A stretch of 64,000 nucleotides of DNA from Eledone cirrhosa (GCA_964016885.1 OZ024742.1:147002001-147066000), one strand, 5' to 3'. Numbered from the stretch's first letter, positions 1 through 12,600 are shown. The notes: a model not told the origin generated them from the sequence alone. Numbers and translations: made by a program.

Positions 1-440
1 TTGTGTCATAGACATGACAACCTCCCTGGTGTTGATGATTTCCATGACAAACATACCCAGTACACTCAGTAAAGTGGTTGTTAATAGGAAGGGCATCCAG
101 CCATAGAAAATTTACCAAACAAAGGGCCATAGACATTACAAATTCCCTAGTGTTGGTGATCTACACGATAAATGATCACCCAATACACTCTGTAAAGTGG
201 TTGGTGATGAGAAGAGCATCTAGTCACAGAAAACTTGCCAAAGAAAGGGTCTGGAAAACTCTTTATGTCAAAAACATAACTTCCCTAGTGTTAATGCTAT
301 GATAAAATGCACTCAGTAGAGCACAGGATATGTCAGGTCCCCAGCCCACATGCAGGTGAAGGGCTCTGCTAGAATACTGACCAGTTTGTCAAACATGCCC
401 AGCCCTTGCTAGTAGGGATAATGGGCATTAAATGATGATG

Positions 441-442
<2 letters not shown>
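1..442 (+). mobile_element. Degenerate SINE / RTE-tail-related fragments with internally repeated units
   Basis: Contains GGTTGTTAATAGGAAGGGCATCCAGCC, a motif that recurs across the window, and ends in GGGCATTAAATGATGATGA like the other RTE-type tails. Confidence 0.55.
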
Positions 443-481
<39 letters not shown>

Positions 482-1060
482 CAACTAATGCCCTTGTGAG
501 TGAATTGGTCAGATAGGAACTCTGAAAACTTGTAGTTTTTATTTGTTTGTGTATGTTTTCACATTTATAATACTATTAAGTCAGTGAATCTCTCTACAAT
601 ACTGAAAAGTATGGATTGGCATCAGGAAAGGCATTCAGCCATAGAAATTTGTCATGGATAAAGTAAAGCAGGACAACAGACTTCCATACAGTTTCTGTCT
701 ACCAAATTTCTCTCAAAATATATTGGGCAACCTGAGGCTGTAGTAGAAGAGACTTGTCCAAGGTGCTATCAATAGGACTGAATCCTAAACCATGTAGTTG
801 TAAAGTGAACTCCTTAACCACAAATCCATGCTTGTGTCTAATTTGTAGGAAAAATAAAAATAGAATTTGTGCTTATGTGAATGTTAAAATGTTGGTGTTT
901 TTTTTTTGTTTTTTTTTGGGGGGGGGGGGGGGGGGTTCTTATATGAGCTAACAAGACATTAAGAAATGTAAATAAACTGTCAAATTGATAAATTTGTTCC
1001 TCTAATTCTGTTTATGCAAGACACTTAGTAACTGTAGATTATATGTAAATGTGAAACAGG

Positions 1061-1280
1061 TATCATCATGATCATCATAATCCTCCTCTTCCTCCACCAC
1101 CTCCTCCTCATCATCATCATCACCATCACCACCACCACCACAATGACAACTACCACCACCACAACAACAACCACCACCACCACCACAACAACAACCACCC
1201 CCACCACAACAACAACCACCACCACCATCATCTTCTTTATCTTCATCATCATCATCATCATCATCATCATCTTCTTTATC

Positions 1281-1314
<34 letters not shown>

Positions 1315-1375
1315 ACGAGTAGATACACACACACACACATGCACACATATATATATGTATATGTATATTTATATA
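1061..1375. repeat. Compound microsatellite (ATC)n/(ACC)n/(AAC)n followed by (CA)n/(TA)n
   Basis: Directly visible triplet and dinucleotide runs; the overlapping homopolymer ORFs are artefacts. Confidence 0.95.
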
Positions 1376-1380
1376 CATGT

Positions 1381-2070
1381 GAAGGTGCATGGATTAGTGG
1401 TAAAAGTGTTTGGCTCACAATCTTATGGTCACAAGTTTGATTCCTTGACTTGGTTGCTTGTTGTGTTTATATAGTAAAACACTAACAACCAACCGGTAAC
1501 ATGTAAATAAACAAATAAATAAACGAATATAAAAACACACACACAGACACCCGGATGTGGCGCATGCGCAGACTGAGCACACAACACACACACAGAAACA
1601 AAATGGCGTAGGACAGAACAAAGGAGAGGCACAAAAACAAAGAAAAGAATCCCCAGTCACTGAAGAGGTCACAGAATGTGTGACGAAAGAACTTTGACAA
1701 TATATAAACAACTATCTGGTTGTGGAACCAACCAACCAACCAGAAATTTATAAATTCCTAAATTTATAAATTTATTATAATAAATTGAAGTGAAAGCAAC
1801 TGGTGCATGTGTTTCTTATTGGCAACATGACCCTCCCAAAGTATAACAATAACTTTATTTTATATTGCCCCAGTTCACTGACCTGGCAAAAATGAGTTGT
1901 ACTGATAATTCAAAGGACCAGCTTTTTCACACACTGTATCACACTTAATCCCCCTTATATCTATGATAAAGGTGCACATGTCTATGGAATGCTCAGCCAC
2001 TTGCACATTAATTATTTCCCTGTAGACAGTTCAATTGTTCAAACAATTGGTATACTTGACTTCAGAACTG
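1381..2070 (+). mobile_element. tRNA-derived SINE interrupted by a probable solo LTR
   Basis: A-box-like TGGATTAGTGG and B-box-like AGTTTGATTCC at 1389-1444. The SINE body resumes after 1849 (ACTTTATTTTATATTGCCCCAGTTCACT), matching the body of the copy at 5786-6020. Confidence 0.55.
1459..1848 (+). mobile_element. Probable solo LTR (~390 bp)
   Basis: TGTT...AACA termini, TATATAAA at 1701 and AATAAA at ~1779. Positions 1603-1851 recur inverted and nearly identical at 31271-31519. The left boundary is ambiguous and no TSD is evident. Confidence 0.6.
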
Positions 2071-2292
2071 CTGGAGGTGCAGCAACAACAATATATATAT
2101 ATATATATATCATCATCATCATCACCATTTACATCCATTTTTCTACGCTAGATATATATATAAATGTAATCTGAGTTTTTCGAATATTAATAATAATATT
2201 CGATTCGTTTGCAATTATGCAAACAGCCTCCTTTAAGCTATGTCAGTAGAAGGACTCCATCATTCTTGCTCTTGTGTTGGGATGTAAACAGA

Positions 2293-2339
2293 ACTGCAAA
2301 CACTGATGTTTCTGGGTGATTACCCTTCATCAGTACAGT
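2293..2339 (-). ncRNA. Minimal type I hammerhead ribozyme-like motif, probably Penelope-associated
   Basis: Minus strand reads ACUGUA-CUGAUGA-A-GGGU aauc ACCC-A-GAAA-C aucagu G-UU-UGCAGU: core boxes CUGAUGA and GAAA, 6-bp stem I, 4-bp stem II and a minimal stem III. Confidence 0.65.
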
Positions 2340-2760
2340 ATACTGCTTACCTGCCAACTGTCAGAGCTAGTGAAAATATATGATATTTTCGAAAATATAC
2401 AGTGACTGATAAACTATTTGTTAGTTATCCGATATATATATATATATATATATATTCCAAAACAGAGAGAGAGAGGTGCACAAGAAAAACACAGAAAAAC
2501 AAACTGTCCTCTCTCATCAGTCAACCGTTGAAAATCACTACAGTTTCAAAGCTTTAAGGTTGACCCTCTGCACATTGGAACATATCAAAACAGGAAGAAA
2601 TAATGAAAGGACAATTATACCTTTTGGTGAATTACACAAGTAAAGAGAGGGGGAAAAGGGAGAAGAAATACTAGAAACCAAAGTGTGTCAACTGGAAAGG
2701 AAAGGAAAATGAAAGGAAATGATTGTGCAAATACTCAGCTAAAGGAGTAAATATACATAT

Positions 2761-5294
2761 CATCATCATCATCATTATCAACGTTTAACATCCGTGTTCC
2801 ACGCTTGCATGGGTTTGGACGGGGGTAGTCCCACTTGAGGCAAGAGTGATTGTCTTGCTCGCATAGGACTGTCTGGCAGGTTTTCTACAGTTGGATGCCC
2901 TTCCTAACACCAACCACATTTACAGTGTGGGTCTGGGAGGTTTTTACCGTGTTGCCTACACGGCCACATTACAGCGTGGACTGTGTGTTTTTTTGTCGTG
3001 ACACCTACACGATCTCATTTGTTTCGGCCTGGATGGCGCGGCACCAACATAACTTTACATAGAACGGGGTGGTGTGGGTGGGGTGGGGGTGGTGGCGGGA
3101 CGGGGTGTATTTTGTTAGAGATGCCTACTGGAAAGGCGGGTCTTCTCTGTTACTGAGTACCGCCAAAGGTCTCGGTCCAGTGACATTGTCTTGGAGAGGT
3201 GTAAGTGTGTGATGTCTGAGTTTATCAGCTCGTCCCAGGTTTTTCTAGGTCTGCCTATTCCATGGCTACCGTCTATCTTTATTGCCCTGCACTTTGTTAT
3301 ACAGCTATCGACTTTCATGCGCATCACGTGTCCATACCAACATAGCCTTCTCTCGAGTAAACAACATCTGATCCCTCTTATCTCTAATTTTTTCCTTAGT
3401 TCGTTTATGCTTTGCCGTTCACGTATATTACTGTTACACATCCAGCGGAGCATGCAAGCTTCGTTCCTCTCTAGTCTGCGTATATCCTCTGCACACAATG
3501 CCCGGGTCTCACTGCCATGCAACATTGCTGTTCGTATGCAGGCATCGTACAACCTGCCTTTCATTTTTAGGGAGAACCCTTTAGCAGCTAATAGTGGTAT
3601 AAGCTCTCTGAACTTTTTCCAACCAGTTCTGACTCTAGCTACTGTACTTTCAGAGCACCCTCCCCCACTGCTGATTTTATCGCCCAGGTAACGGAAGCTG
3701 TCCACTATTTCTATAGAACCCTCTGCACAATTGAAAGAGCTAGTATTTTGTGGGCACTTGCTGCTACTTATTGCACCAGAACACCGGCCACATGTAAAAT
3801 CTATGTTCTTAGTTAGCTTACCTGTGATCCCACTACATCTTTTATGCACCCATACTTTGCATTTAGGACATAAAATGGAGTTTCTACCTACGCCTTTCCT
3901 ACACACCGAGCACGACCATTTCCCAGAAGGGACCGCCGCCTTGTTTTCTTTCCTACAAACTAGAACTTTAGTCTTAGCCAGGTTAATTTTAAGTCCTTTT
4001 GACTCTAGGCCGTGCTTCCATGTTTGGAATTTCTTCTCTAGCTCGGCCGTTGATTCCGCTATGAGTGTCAGGTCGTCTGCGTATAGGAGTTCCCATGGGC
4101 AGCTGGTCTTGAACTCCTCTGTTATAGCCTGAAGGGCAATAATAAATAGTAGGGGGCTGAGAACAGAGCCCTGATGGACGCCAACTTTTATGCTAAACTC
4201 TTCACTATATTCATTGTTAATTCTAACCTTGCTGACTGTTTCTTTATACATGGCTTGTATAGCCCTCACAAGCCATTCGTCAACGCCTAGTTTTCTAAGA
4301 GCCCACCAGATAATGGAGCGGGGGACTCTGTCGAAGGCTTTCTCCAAGTCGACAAAAGCTAAGTAGAGGGGTTTACCTTTAGCTAGGTACTTCTCCTGTA
4401 GTTGTCGTACTATGAAAAGAGCGTCTGTGGTACTTTTGCCTGACACAAACCCGAACTGCATTTCATCTAGATCAATTCTCTCTCTGATTAGTTGCGCTAT
4501 TACTTTTTCCGTGACCTTCATGACCTGGTCGATTAATTTAATGCCTCTATAGTTACTCCTATCTAGGGCGTCTCCTTTACCCTTATAACAGTTAACGATG
4601 ATGCTGCTATGCCAGTCCTTCGGAACAACCCCATTCTGTACGACTTGGTTAACTATGCGGGTGACCATGGTGTGTCCCACCGTGCCAGATGCCTTCAGCA
4701 TCTCAGCAACTATTTCCGAAGGCCCAGCCGCCTTACCTATCTTCATATCCTTGATTGCCTTACTTATTATACTCCCCTCGACTAACACTGCTGGTCCCTC
4801 TATTGGGTCGATATGGGGGAGACTGTCTTTCTCCCATTTATTCTCCTCATTTAGTAGCCTTTCATAGTGACACTTCCAAGCTACCTTCTTATCAGCGTCG
4901 GTGATGGCAAGTATGCCATCATCGTTAAGTACACACTTCTCCCCGACAATATCACGGTTTTCCTTGACGCATTTCCTAGCAATCCTGAACACCTCACGTT
5001 TTTGGTCATCGCGTTGTAGAACATGCTTGAACTTTCTTTCCTCAGCTTCCCTTCTTGCTAAGTACACTTGTCTCCTAGCTTCCCTCCTGGCCACTTGATA
5101 GTCTTCTCTACTTCCCCCATCCCGCCATACTTTCCAAGCCTGCTTTTTGGCCTTAATTGACCCCTCCACCTTACTGTTCCACCACCATGTTACTCTCCTC
5201 CTGCCTACAGGCCTGCTCCAGCCACAGACTTCGTCTGTCGCCAACAGCAGGTTTGCTTTCAGAAATTCCCACTGTCCCTCTATATTGTCCGACG
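2761..5294 (-). mobile_element. 5'-truncated RTE-clade LINE, young copy, with ~350-bp 3' UTR and (ATG)n tail
   Basis: Uninterrupted RT frame; the 3' end terminates in ATG repeats at 2761-2775. The 5' end abuts a (TACA)n tract and lacks the endonuclease domain. Confidence 0.92.
3115..5294 (-). CDS. RTE LINE ORF (truncated): reverse transcriptase with inserted C4HC3 PHD-type zinc finger
   Basis: Motifs YKGKGD..NYRGIKL, QFGF, FVDLEKAFD, GVHQGSVLSPLLF, LLYADD, FRYLG, WYGHVMR, GRPRKTW. The predicted start MYVC comes from the flanking microsatellite. Confidence 0.9.
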
Positions 5295-5377
5295 TACATA
5301 CATACATACATACTTACTTACATAGATAAATACATACATACAAAGATACATACATACTTACATAGATACATACATAT
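5295..5377. repeat. (TACA)n microsatellite
   Basis: Directly visible imperfect TACA run. Confidence 0.9.
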
Positions 5378-5785
5378 TTCCACCACACAACAGAATTCCA
5401 CCTCTCCACACACCTCATTGCATTTTCTTTGAAGTCTGCAAGGTCTTTTGAGCTGCATGGGTTTGATAGCAGAGAGAAGAGAAGGCAGTGTGACTCAATA
5501 ATCTGCTATATTTAAGAAGCTATATGTTTAGAAGGTCAAGATAAACTTAGTACTGTATGATCTGGTGGAGGTTGTTTATTTCTGTGGGAAAAAATGTTTA
5601 TATCAATAACAAATGTTTATATTCTTCAGACAAAATCACGTGTTACCTACCTAACATGAGAACCAGATGAAACACGGGGGGAGAGAGCTCTTCTATATGG
5701 CCACTTGGTCTACTAGATGTAGCAACCAAATCTTCCTTGAATTCTACTATACTATCTTAAATAAAGATAGGTCACATCCATGAGT

Positions 5786-6020
5786 GGAGGCACTTGGCCT
5801 AGTGGTAAGGGTGTTAGACTTACGATCATAATATCATGGGTTTGATTCCTGGACAGGGTTGTGTATTGTGATCTTGAGCAAAACACTTCGTTTCGCGTTA
5901 TTCCATCATAAGCTGAAAATAGCTGGGGGTTTAACCCTTCAATGGACTGGCATCCTGTCCATGACGGAGTCCTGTACTCTCAGTCACTTCATGCCATGGA
6001 AACCAGGATAAGCACCAGTC
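5786..6020 (+). mobile_element. tRNA-derived SINE
   Basis: A-box TGGCCTAGTGG and B-box GGTTTGATTCC, followed by TTGTGATCTTGAGCAAAACACTT, a body shared with copies near 47090 and 51420. Confidence 0.7.
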
Positions 6021-6184
6021 AAGACAGACTTTAGATGTCTACCAGTATAAGTGCTGTGACACTAAAAGTAAATGTGGTGAGAAACCAAAGGCTACAGAGT
6101 TTGTCAATCCAAATTGAAGAGAGACAATATAAAATTGGGAAGAACTTTCCACTCTGGCCTATCATGTGACAACTTCTCTAGGGC

Positions 6185-6525
6185 TAGTGCCACGATAAAA
6201 TGCTACCAGTACACTGAAAAGTGCTAATAAATAAAATGCACCCAGTTCCCTCTGAAAAGTGCTAATAAATAAAATGCACCCAGTTCCCTCTGTAAAGTGG
6301 TAGTGCTGGTGTCATGAAAAAATACACTCATACAGGGATTAAAAAATTGCACCAGCACCTTCAGTAAAGTAATTAGTGTTAGGAAGGGCATCCAACTATA
6401 GAAACCATGCCAAATATGGAAGGTTGGTTGTTCTGACTCATCTGGCCTCAGACTGTGACAACCCATCAACTGATGTCAGGGTAGAAATGGAATGTAAATT
6501 ATCAATGATAATGATGATGATGTTG
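6185..6525 (+). mobile_element. SINE / RTE-tail-related repeat with a 39-bp internal duplication
   Basis: GTGTTAGGAAGGGCATCCAAC motif, (ATG)n tail and duplicated CTGAAAAGTGCTAATAAATAAAATGCACCCAGTTCCCT. Confidence 0.6.
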
Positions 6526-6671
6526 AGGAAAATGGACAATGTAGTACCTGATATATAAAAGGTGGGATGGTCAAATCTGGAACATATACTCAATTAAGAT
6601 AGACCTCAGATTCAACGAAATAGCTACTTTAAAATGACAGGTGTTTGATGAATTTCAACAAATCTAAATAC

Positions 6672-9600
6672 CTGCAGCAGCAGCACTAGTAGCAACAGTA
6701 CTAGCAGCAGCAGCACTAGTAGCAACAGTACTAGTAGCAGCAGCACTAGTAGCAGCAGAAACAGTAGCTGTAGTAGCAGTAGAAGCAGCATTAGTAACAG
6801 AAGCAGAAGGAGTAGAAGTAGTAGCAGTAGTTGTAGTGATAGTAGTACTAGTAGCAGCATTAGCAGCAGCAGCAACAGTAGCAGTAACAGTAGCAGTAGC
6901 AGGAACAGGTGTAGCAGTAACAGCAACAGTAGTAGCACTAGTAGCAGCAGTAGTAGTAACAGCATCAGCAGTAATAACAGCAGCAGTAGCAGTAGCACTA
7001 ACAGCAACAGCAGTAGCACTAGTAGCAACAATAGTAGTAACAGCATCAGCAGTATAACAGCAACAGCAGCAGTAGTAGTAACAGTAGAACTAACAGCAAC
7101 AGCAGCAACAGTAGTAGTAACAGCATCAGCAGTATAACAGCAGCAGTAGCAGTAGTAGTAACAGTAGCACTAACAGCAACAGCAGCAACAGTAGTAGTAA
7201 CAGCATCAGCAGTAATAACAGCAGCAGTAGCAGTAGTAGTAACAGTAGCACTAACAGCAACAGCAGCAACAGTAGTAGTAACAGCATCAGCAGTATAACA
7301 GCAGCAGTAGCAGTAGTAGTAACAGTAGCACTAACAGCAACAGCAGCAACAGTAGTAGTAACAGCATCAGCAGTATAACAGCAACAGCAGCAGTAGTAGT
7401 AACAGTAGCACTAACAGCAACAGCAGCAACAGTAGTAGTAACAGCATCAGCAGTATAACAGCTGCAGTAGCAGTAGTAGTAACAGTAGCACTAACAGCAA
7501 CAGCAGCAACAGTAGTAGTAACAGCATCAGCAGTATAACAGCAGCAGTAGTAGTAACAGTAGCACTAACAGCAACAGCAGCAACAGTAGTAGTAACAGCA
7601 TCAGCAGTATAACAGCAGCAGTAGCAGTAGTAGTAACAGTAGCACTAACAGCAACAGCAGTAACAGTAGTAGTAACAGCATCAGCAGTATAACAGCAGCA
7701 GTAGTAGTAGTAGTAACAGTAGCACTAACAGCAACAGCAGCAACAGTAGTAGTAACAGCATCAGCAGTATAACAGCAGCAGTAGCAGTAGTAGTAACAGT
7801 AGCACTAACAGCAACAGCAGCAACAGTAGTAGTAACAGCATCAGCAGTATAACAGCTGCAGTAGCAGCAGTAGTAACAGTAGCACTAACAGCAACAGCAG
7901 CAACAGTAGTAGTAACAGCATCAGCAGTATAACAGCAGCAGTAGCAGTAGTAGTAACAGTAGTAGTAACAGCAACAGCAGTAACAGTAGTAGTAACAGCA
8001 TCAGCAGTATAACAGCAGCAGTAGTAGTAGTAGTAACAGTAGCACTAACAGCAACAGCAGCAACAGTAGTAGTAACAGCATCAGCAGTATAACAGTAGCA
8101 GTAGCAGTAGTAGTAACAGTAGCACTAACAGCAACAGCAGTAACAGTAGTAGTAACAGCATCAGCAGTATAACAGCAGCAGTAGTAGTAGTAGTAACAGT
8201 AGCACTAACAGCAACAGCAGCAACAGTAGTAGTAACAGCATCAGCAGTATAACAGCAGCAGTAGTAGTAGTAGTAACAGTAGCACTAACAGCAACAGCAG
8301 TAACAGTAGTAGTAACAGCAGCAGCAGTAGCAGTAGTAGTAACAGTAGCACTAACAGCAACAGCAGCAACAGTAGTAGTAACAGCATCAGCAGTATAACA
8401 GCAGCAGTAGCAGTAGTAGTAACAGTAGCACTAACAGCAACAGCAGCAACAGTAGTAGTAACAGCATCAGCAGTATAACAGCAGCAGTAGTAGTAACAGT
8501 AGCACTAACAGCAACAGTAGTAGTAACAGCATCAGCAGTATAACAGCAGCAGTAGTAGTAACAGTAGCACTAACAGCAACAGCAGTAACAGTAGTAGTAA
8601 CAGCATCAGCAGTATAACAGCAGCAGTAGCAGTAGTAGTAACAGCAACAGTAGTAGTAACAGCATCAGCAATAATAACAGCAACAGCAGCAGTAGTAGTA
8701 ACAGTAGCACTAACAGCAACAGCAGTAGCAGTAGTAGTAACAGCAACAGCAGTAACAGTAGTAGTAACAGCATCAGTAGTAGTAACAGCATCAGCAATAA
8801 TAACAGCAGCAGTAGCAGCAGTAGTAACAGTAGCACTAACAGCAACAGCAGTAACAGTAGTAGTAACAGCATCAGCAGTATAACAGCAGCAGTAGTAGTA
8901 GTAGTAACAGTAGCACTAACAGCAACAGCAGCAACAGTAGTAGTAACAGCATCAGCAATAATAACAGCAGCAGCAGTAGTAGTAACAGTAGCACTAACAG
9001 CAACAGCAGTAACAGTAGTAGTAACAGCATCAGCAGTATAACAGCAGCAGTAGCAGCAGTAGTAACAGTAGCACTAACAGCAACAGCAGCAACAGTAGTA
9101 GTAACAGCATCAGCAGTATAACAGCAGCAGTAGCAGCAGTAGTAACAGTAGCACTAACAGCAACAGCAGTAACAGTAGTAGTAACACCATCAGCAGTATA
9201 ACAGCAACAGCAGCAGCAGTAGTAACAGTAGCACTAACAGCAACAGCAGCAACAGTAGTAGTAACAGCATCAGCAGTATAACAGCAGCAGTAGCAGCAGT
9301 AGTAACAGTAGCACTAACAGCAACAGCAGCAACAGTAGTAGTAACAGCATCAGCAGTATAACAGCAGCAGTAGCAGCAGTAGTAACAGTAGCACTAACAG
9401 CAACAGCAGCAACAGTAGTAGTAACAGCATCAGCAGTATAACAGCAGCAGTAGCAGCAGTAGTAACAGTAGCACTAACAGCAACAGCAGCAACAGTAGTA
9501 GTAACAGCATCAGCAGTATAACAGCAGCAGTAGCAGCAGTAGTAACAGTAGCACTAACAGCAACAGCAGCAACAGTAGTAGTAACAGCATCAGCAGTATA

Positions 9601-12600
9601 ACAGCAGCAGTAGCAGTAGTAGTAACAGTAGCACTAACAGCAACAGCAGTAACAGTAGTAGTAACAGCATCAGCAGTATAACAGCAACAGCAGCAACAGT
9701 AGTAGTAACAGTAGCACTAACAGCAACAGCAGCAACAGTAGTAGTAACAGCATCAGCAGTATAACAGCAGCAGTAGCAGTAGTAGTAACAGTAGCACTAA
9801 CAGCAACAGCAGTAACAGTAGTAGTAACAGCATCAGCAATAATAACAGCAGCAGTAGCAGTAGTAGTAACAGTAGCACTAACAGCAACAGCAGCAACAGT
9901 AGTAGTAACAGCATCAGCAGTATAACAGCAGCAGTAGCAGTAGTAGTAACAGTAGCACTAACAGCAACAGCAGTAACAGTAGTAGTAACAGCATCAGCAA
10001 TAATAACAGCAGCAGTAGCAGTAGTAGTAACAGTAGCACTAACAGCAACAGCAGCAACCGTAGTAGTAACAGCATCAGCAGTATAACAGCAGCAGTAGCA
10101 GCAGTAGTAACAGTAGCACTAACAGCAACAGCAGTAACAGTAGTAGTAACAGCATCAGCAGTATAACAGCAGCAGTAGCAGTAGTAGTAACAGTAGCACT
10201 AACAGCAACAGCAGCAACAGTAGTAGTAACAGCATCAGCAGTATAACAGCAGCAGTAGCAGTAGTAGTAACAGTAGCACTAACAGCAACAGCAGTAGCAG
10301 TAGTAGTAACAGTAGCACTAACAGCAACAGCAGCAACAGTAGTAGTAACAGCATCAGCAGTATAACAGCAGCAGTAGCAGTAGTAGTAACAGTAGCACTA
10401 ACAGCAACAGCAGCAACAGTAGTAGTAACAGCATCAGCAGTATAACAGCAGCAGTAGCAGTAGTAGTAACAGTAGCACTAACAGCAACAGCAACAACAGT
10501 AGTAGTAACAGCATCAGCAGTATAACAGCAGCAGTAGCAGCAGTAGTAACAGTAGCACTAACAGCAACAGCAGCAACAGTAGTAGTAACAGCATCAGCAG
10601 TATAACAGCAGCAGTAGCAGTAGTAGTAACAGTAGCACTAACAGCAACAGCAGCAACAGTAGTAGTAACAGCATCAGCAGTATAAGAGTAGCAGTAGCAG
10701 TAGTAGTAACAGTAGCACTAACAGCAACAGCAGCAACAGTAGTAGTAACAGCATCAGCAGTATAACAGCTGCAGTAGCAGCAGTAGTAACAGTAGCACTA
10801 ACAGCAACAGCAGCAACAGTAGTAGTAACAGCATCAGCAGTATAACAGCAGCAGTAGCAGTAGTAGTAACAGTAGTAGTAACAGCAACAGCAGTAACAGT
10901 AGTAGTAACAGCATCAGCAGTATAACAGCAGCAGTAGTAGTAGTAGTAACAGTAGCACTAACAGCAACAGCAGTAACAGTAGTAGTAACAGCATCAGCAG
11001 TATAACAGTAGCAGTAGCAGTAGTAGTAACAGTAGCACTAACAGCAACAGCAGTAACAGTAGTAGTAACAGCATCAGCAGTATAACAGCAGAAGTAGTAG
11101 TAGTAGTAACAGTAGCACTAACAGCAACAGCAGTAACAGTAGTAGTAACAGCATCAGCAGTATAACAGCAGCAGTAGTAGTAACAGTAGCACTAACAGCA
11201 ACAGCAGCAACAGTAGTAGTAACAGCATCAGCAGTATAACAGCAGCAGTAGCAGCAGTAGTAACAGTAGCACTAACAGCAACAGCAGCAACAGTAGTAGT
11301 AACAGCATCAGCAGTATAACAGCAGCAGCAACAGTAGTAGTAACAGTAGCACTAACAGCAACAGCAGCAACAGTAGTAGTAACAGCATCAGCAGTATAAC
11401 AGCAGCAGTAGTAGTAGTAGTAACAGTAGCACTAACAGCAACAGCAGTTACAGTAGTAGTAACAGCATCAGCAGTATAACAGCTGCAGTAGCAGTAGTAG
11501 TAACAGTAGCACTAACAGCAACAGCAGCAACAGTAGTAGTAACAGCATCAGCAGTATAACAGCAGCAGTAGCAGCAGTAGTAACAGTAGCACTAACAGCA
11601 ACAGCAGCAACAGTAGTAGTAACAGCATCAGCAGTATAACAGCAGCAGTAGCAGCAGTAGTAACAGTAGCACTAACAGCAACAGCAGTTACAGTAGTAGT
11701 AACAGCATCAGCAGTATAACAGCAGCAGTAGCAGCAGTAGTAACAGTAGCACTAACAGCAACAGCAGCAACAGTAGTAGTAACAGCATCAGCAGTATAAC
11801 AGCAGCAGTAGTAGTAGTAGTAATAGTAGCACTAACAGCAACAGCAGCAACAGTAGTAGTAACAGCATCAGCAGTATAACAGCAGCAGTAGTAGTAACAG
11901 TAGCACTAACAGCAACAGCAGCAACAGTAGTAGTAACAGCATCAGCAGTATAACAGTAGCAGTAGCAGTAGTAGTAACAGTAGCACTAACAGCAACAGCA
12001 GCAACAGTAGTAGTAACAGCATCAGCAGTATAACAGCAGCAGTAGTAGTAACAGTAGCACTAACAGCAACAGCAGCAACAGTAGTAGTAACAGCATCAGC
12101 AGTATAACAGCAGCAGTAGCAGCAGTAGTAACAGTAGCACTAACAGCAACAGCAGCAACAGTAGTAGTAACAGCATCAGCAGTATAACAGCAGCAGTAGC
12201 AGTAGTAGTAACAGTAGCACTAACAGCAACAGCAGTAACAGTAGTAGTAACAGCATCAGCAGTATAACAGCAACAGCAGCAACAGTAGTAGTAACAGTAG
12301 CACTAACAGCAACAGCAGCAACAGTAGTAGTAACAGCATCAGCAGTATAACAGCAGCAGTAGCAGTAGTAGTAACAGTAGCACTAACAGCAACAGCAGTA
12401 ACAGTAGTAGTAACAGCATCAGCAATAATAACAGCAGCAGTAGCAGTAGTAGTAACAGTAGCACTAACAGCAACAGCAGCAACAGTAGTAGTAACAGCAT
12501 CAGCAGTATAACAGCAGCAGTAGCAGTAGTAGTAACAGTAGCACTAACAGCAACAGCAGTAACAGTAGTAGTAACAGCATCAGCAATAATAACAGCAGCA

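Noticed and set aside
1002-1418. ORFs with poly-D/G/C, poly-M/V or poly-I/T
   Set aside because: Translations of trinucleotide microsatellites; no domain content.
1482-1739. Apparent two-copy small membrane protein (also 31383-31655)
   Set aside because: The shared peptide simply reflects the duplicated LTR-like repeat read antisense.
5295-5307. Start codon of the 730-aa RTE ORF
   Set aside because: The ATG lies in the flanking (TGTA)n microsatellite; the element is 5'-truncated.
5786-5850. tRNA genes at A/B-box-containing sites (also ~1385, ~40585, ~61955)
   Set aside because: No complete cloverleaf; each continues into a SINE body.
6624-8872. Poly-Leu and Ala/Val/Thr ORFs in the satellite, or a mucin/antifreeze-like repeat protein
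   Set aside because: The 80-bp monomer shifts frame in every unit, so plus-strand frames hit TAG/TAA within about two units; there is no splice or start context.
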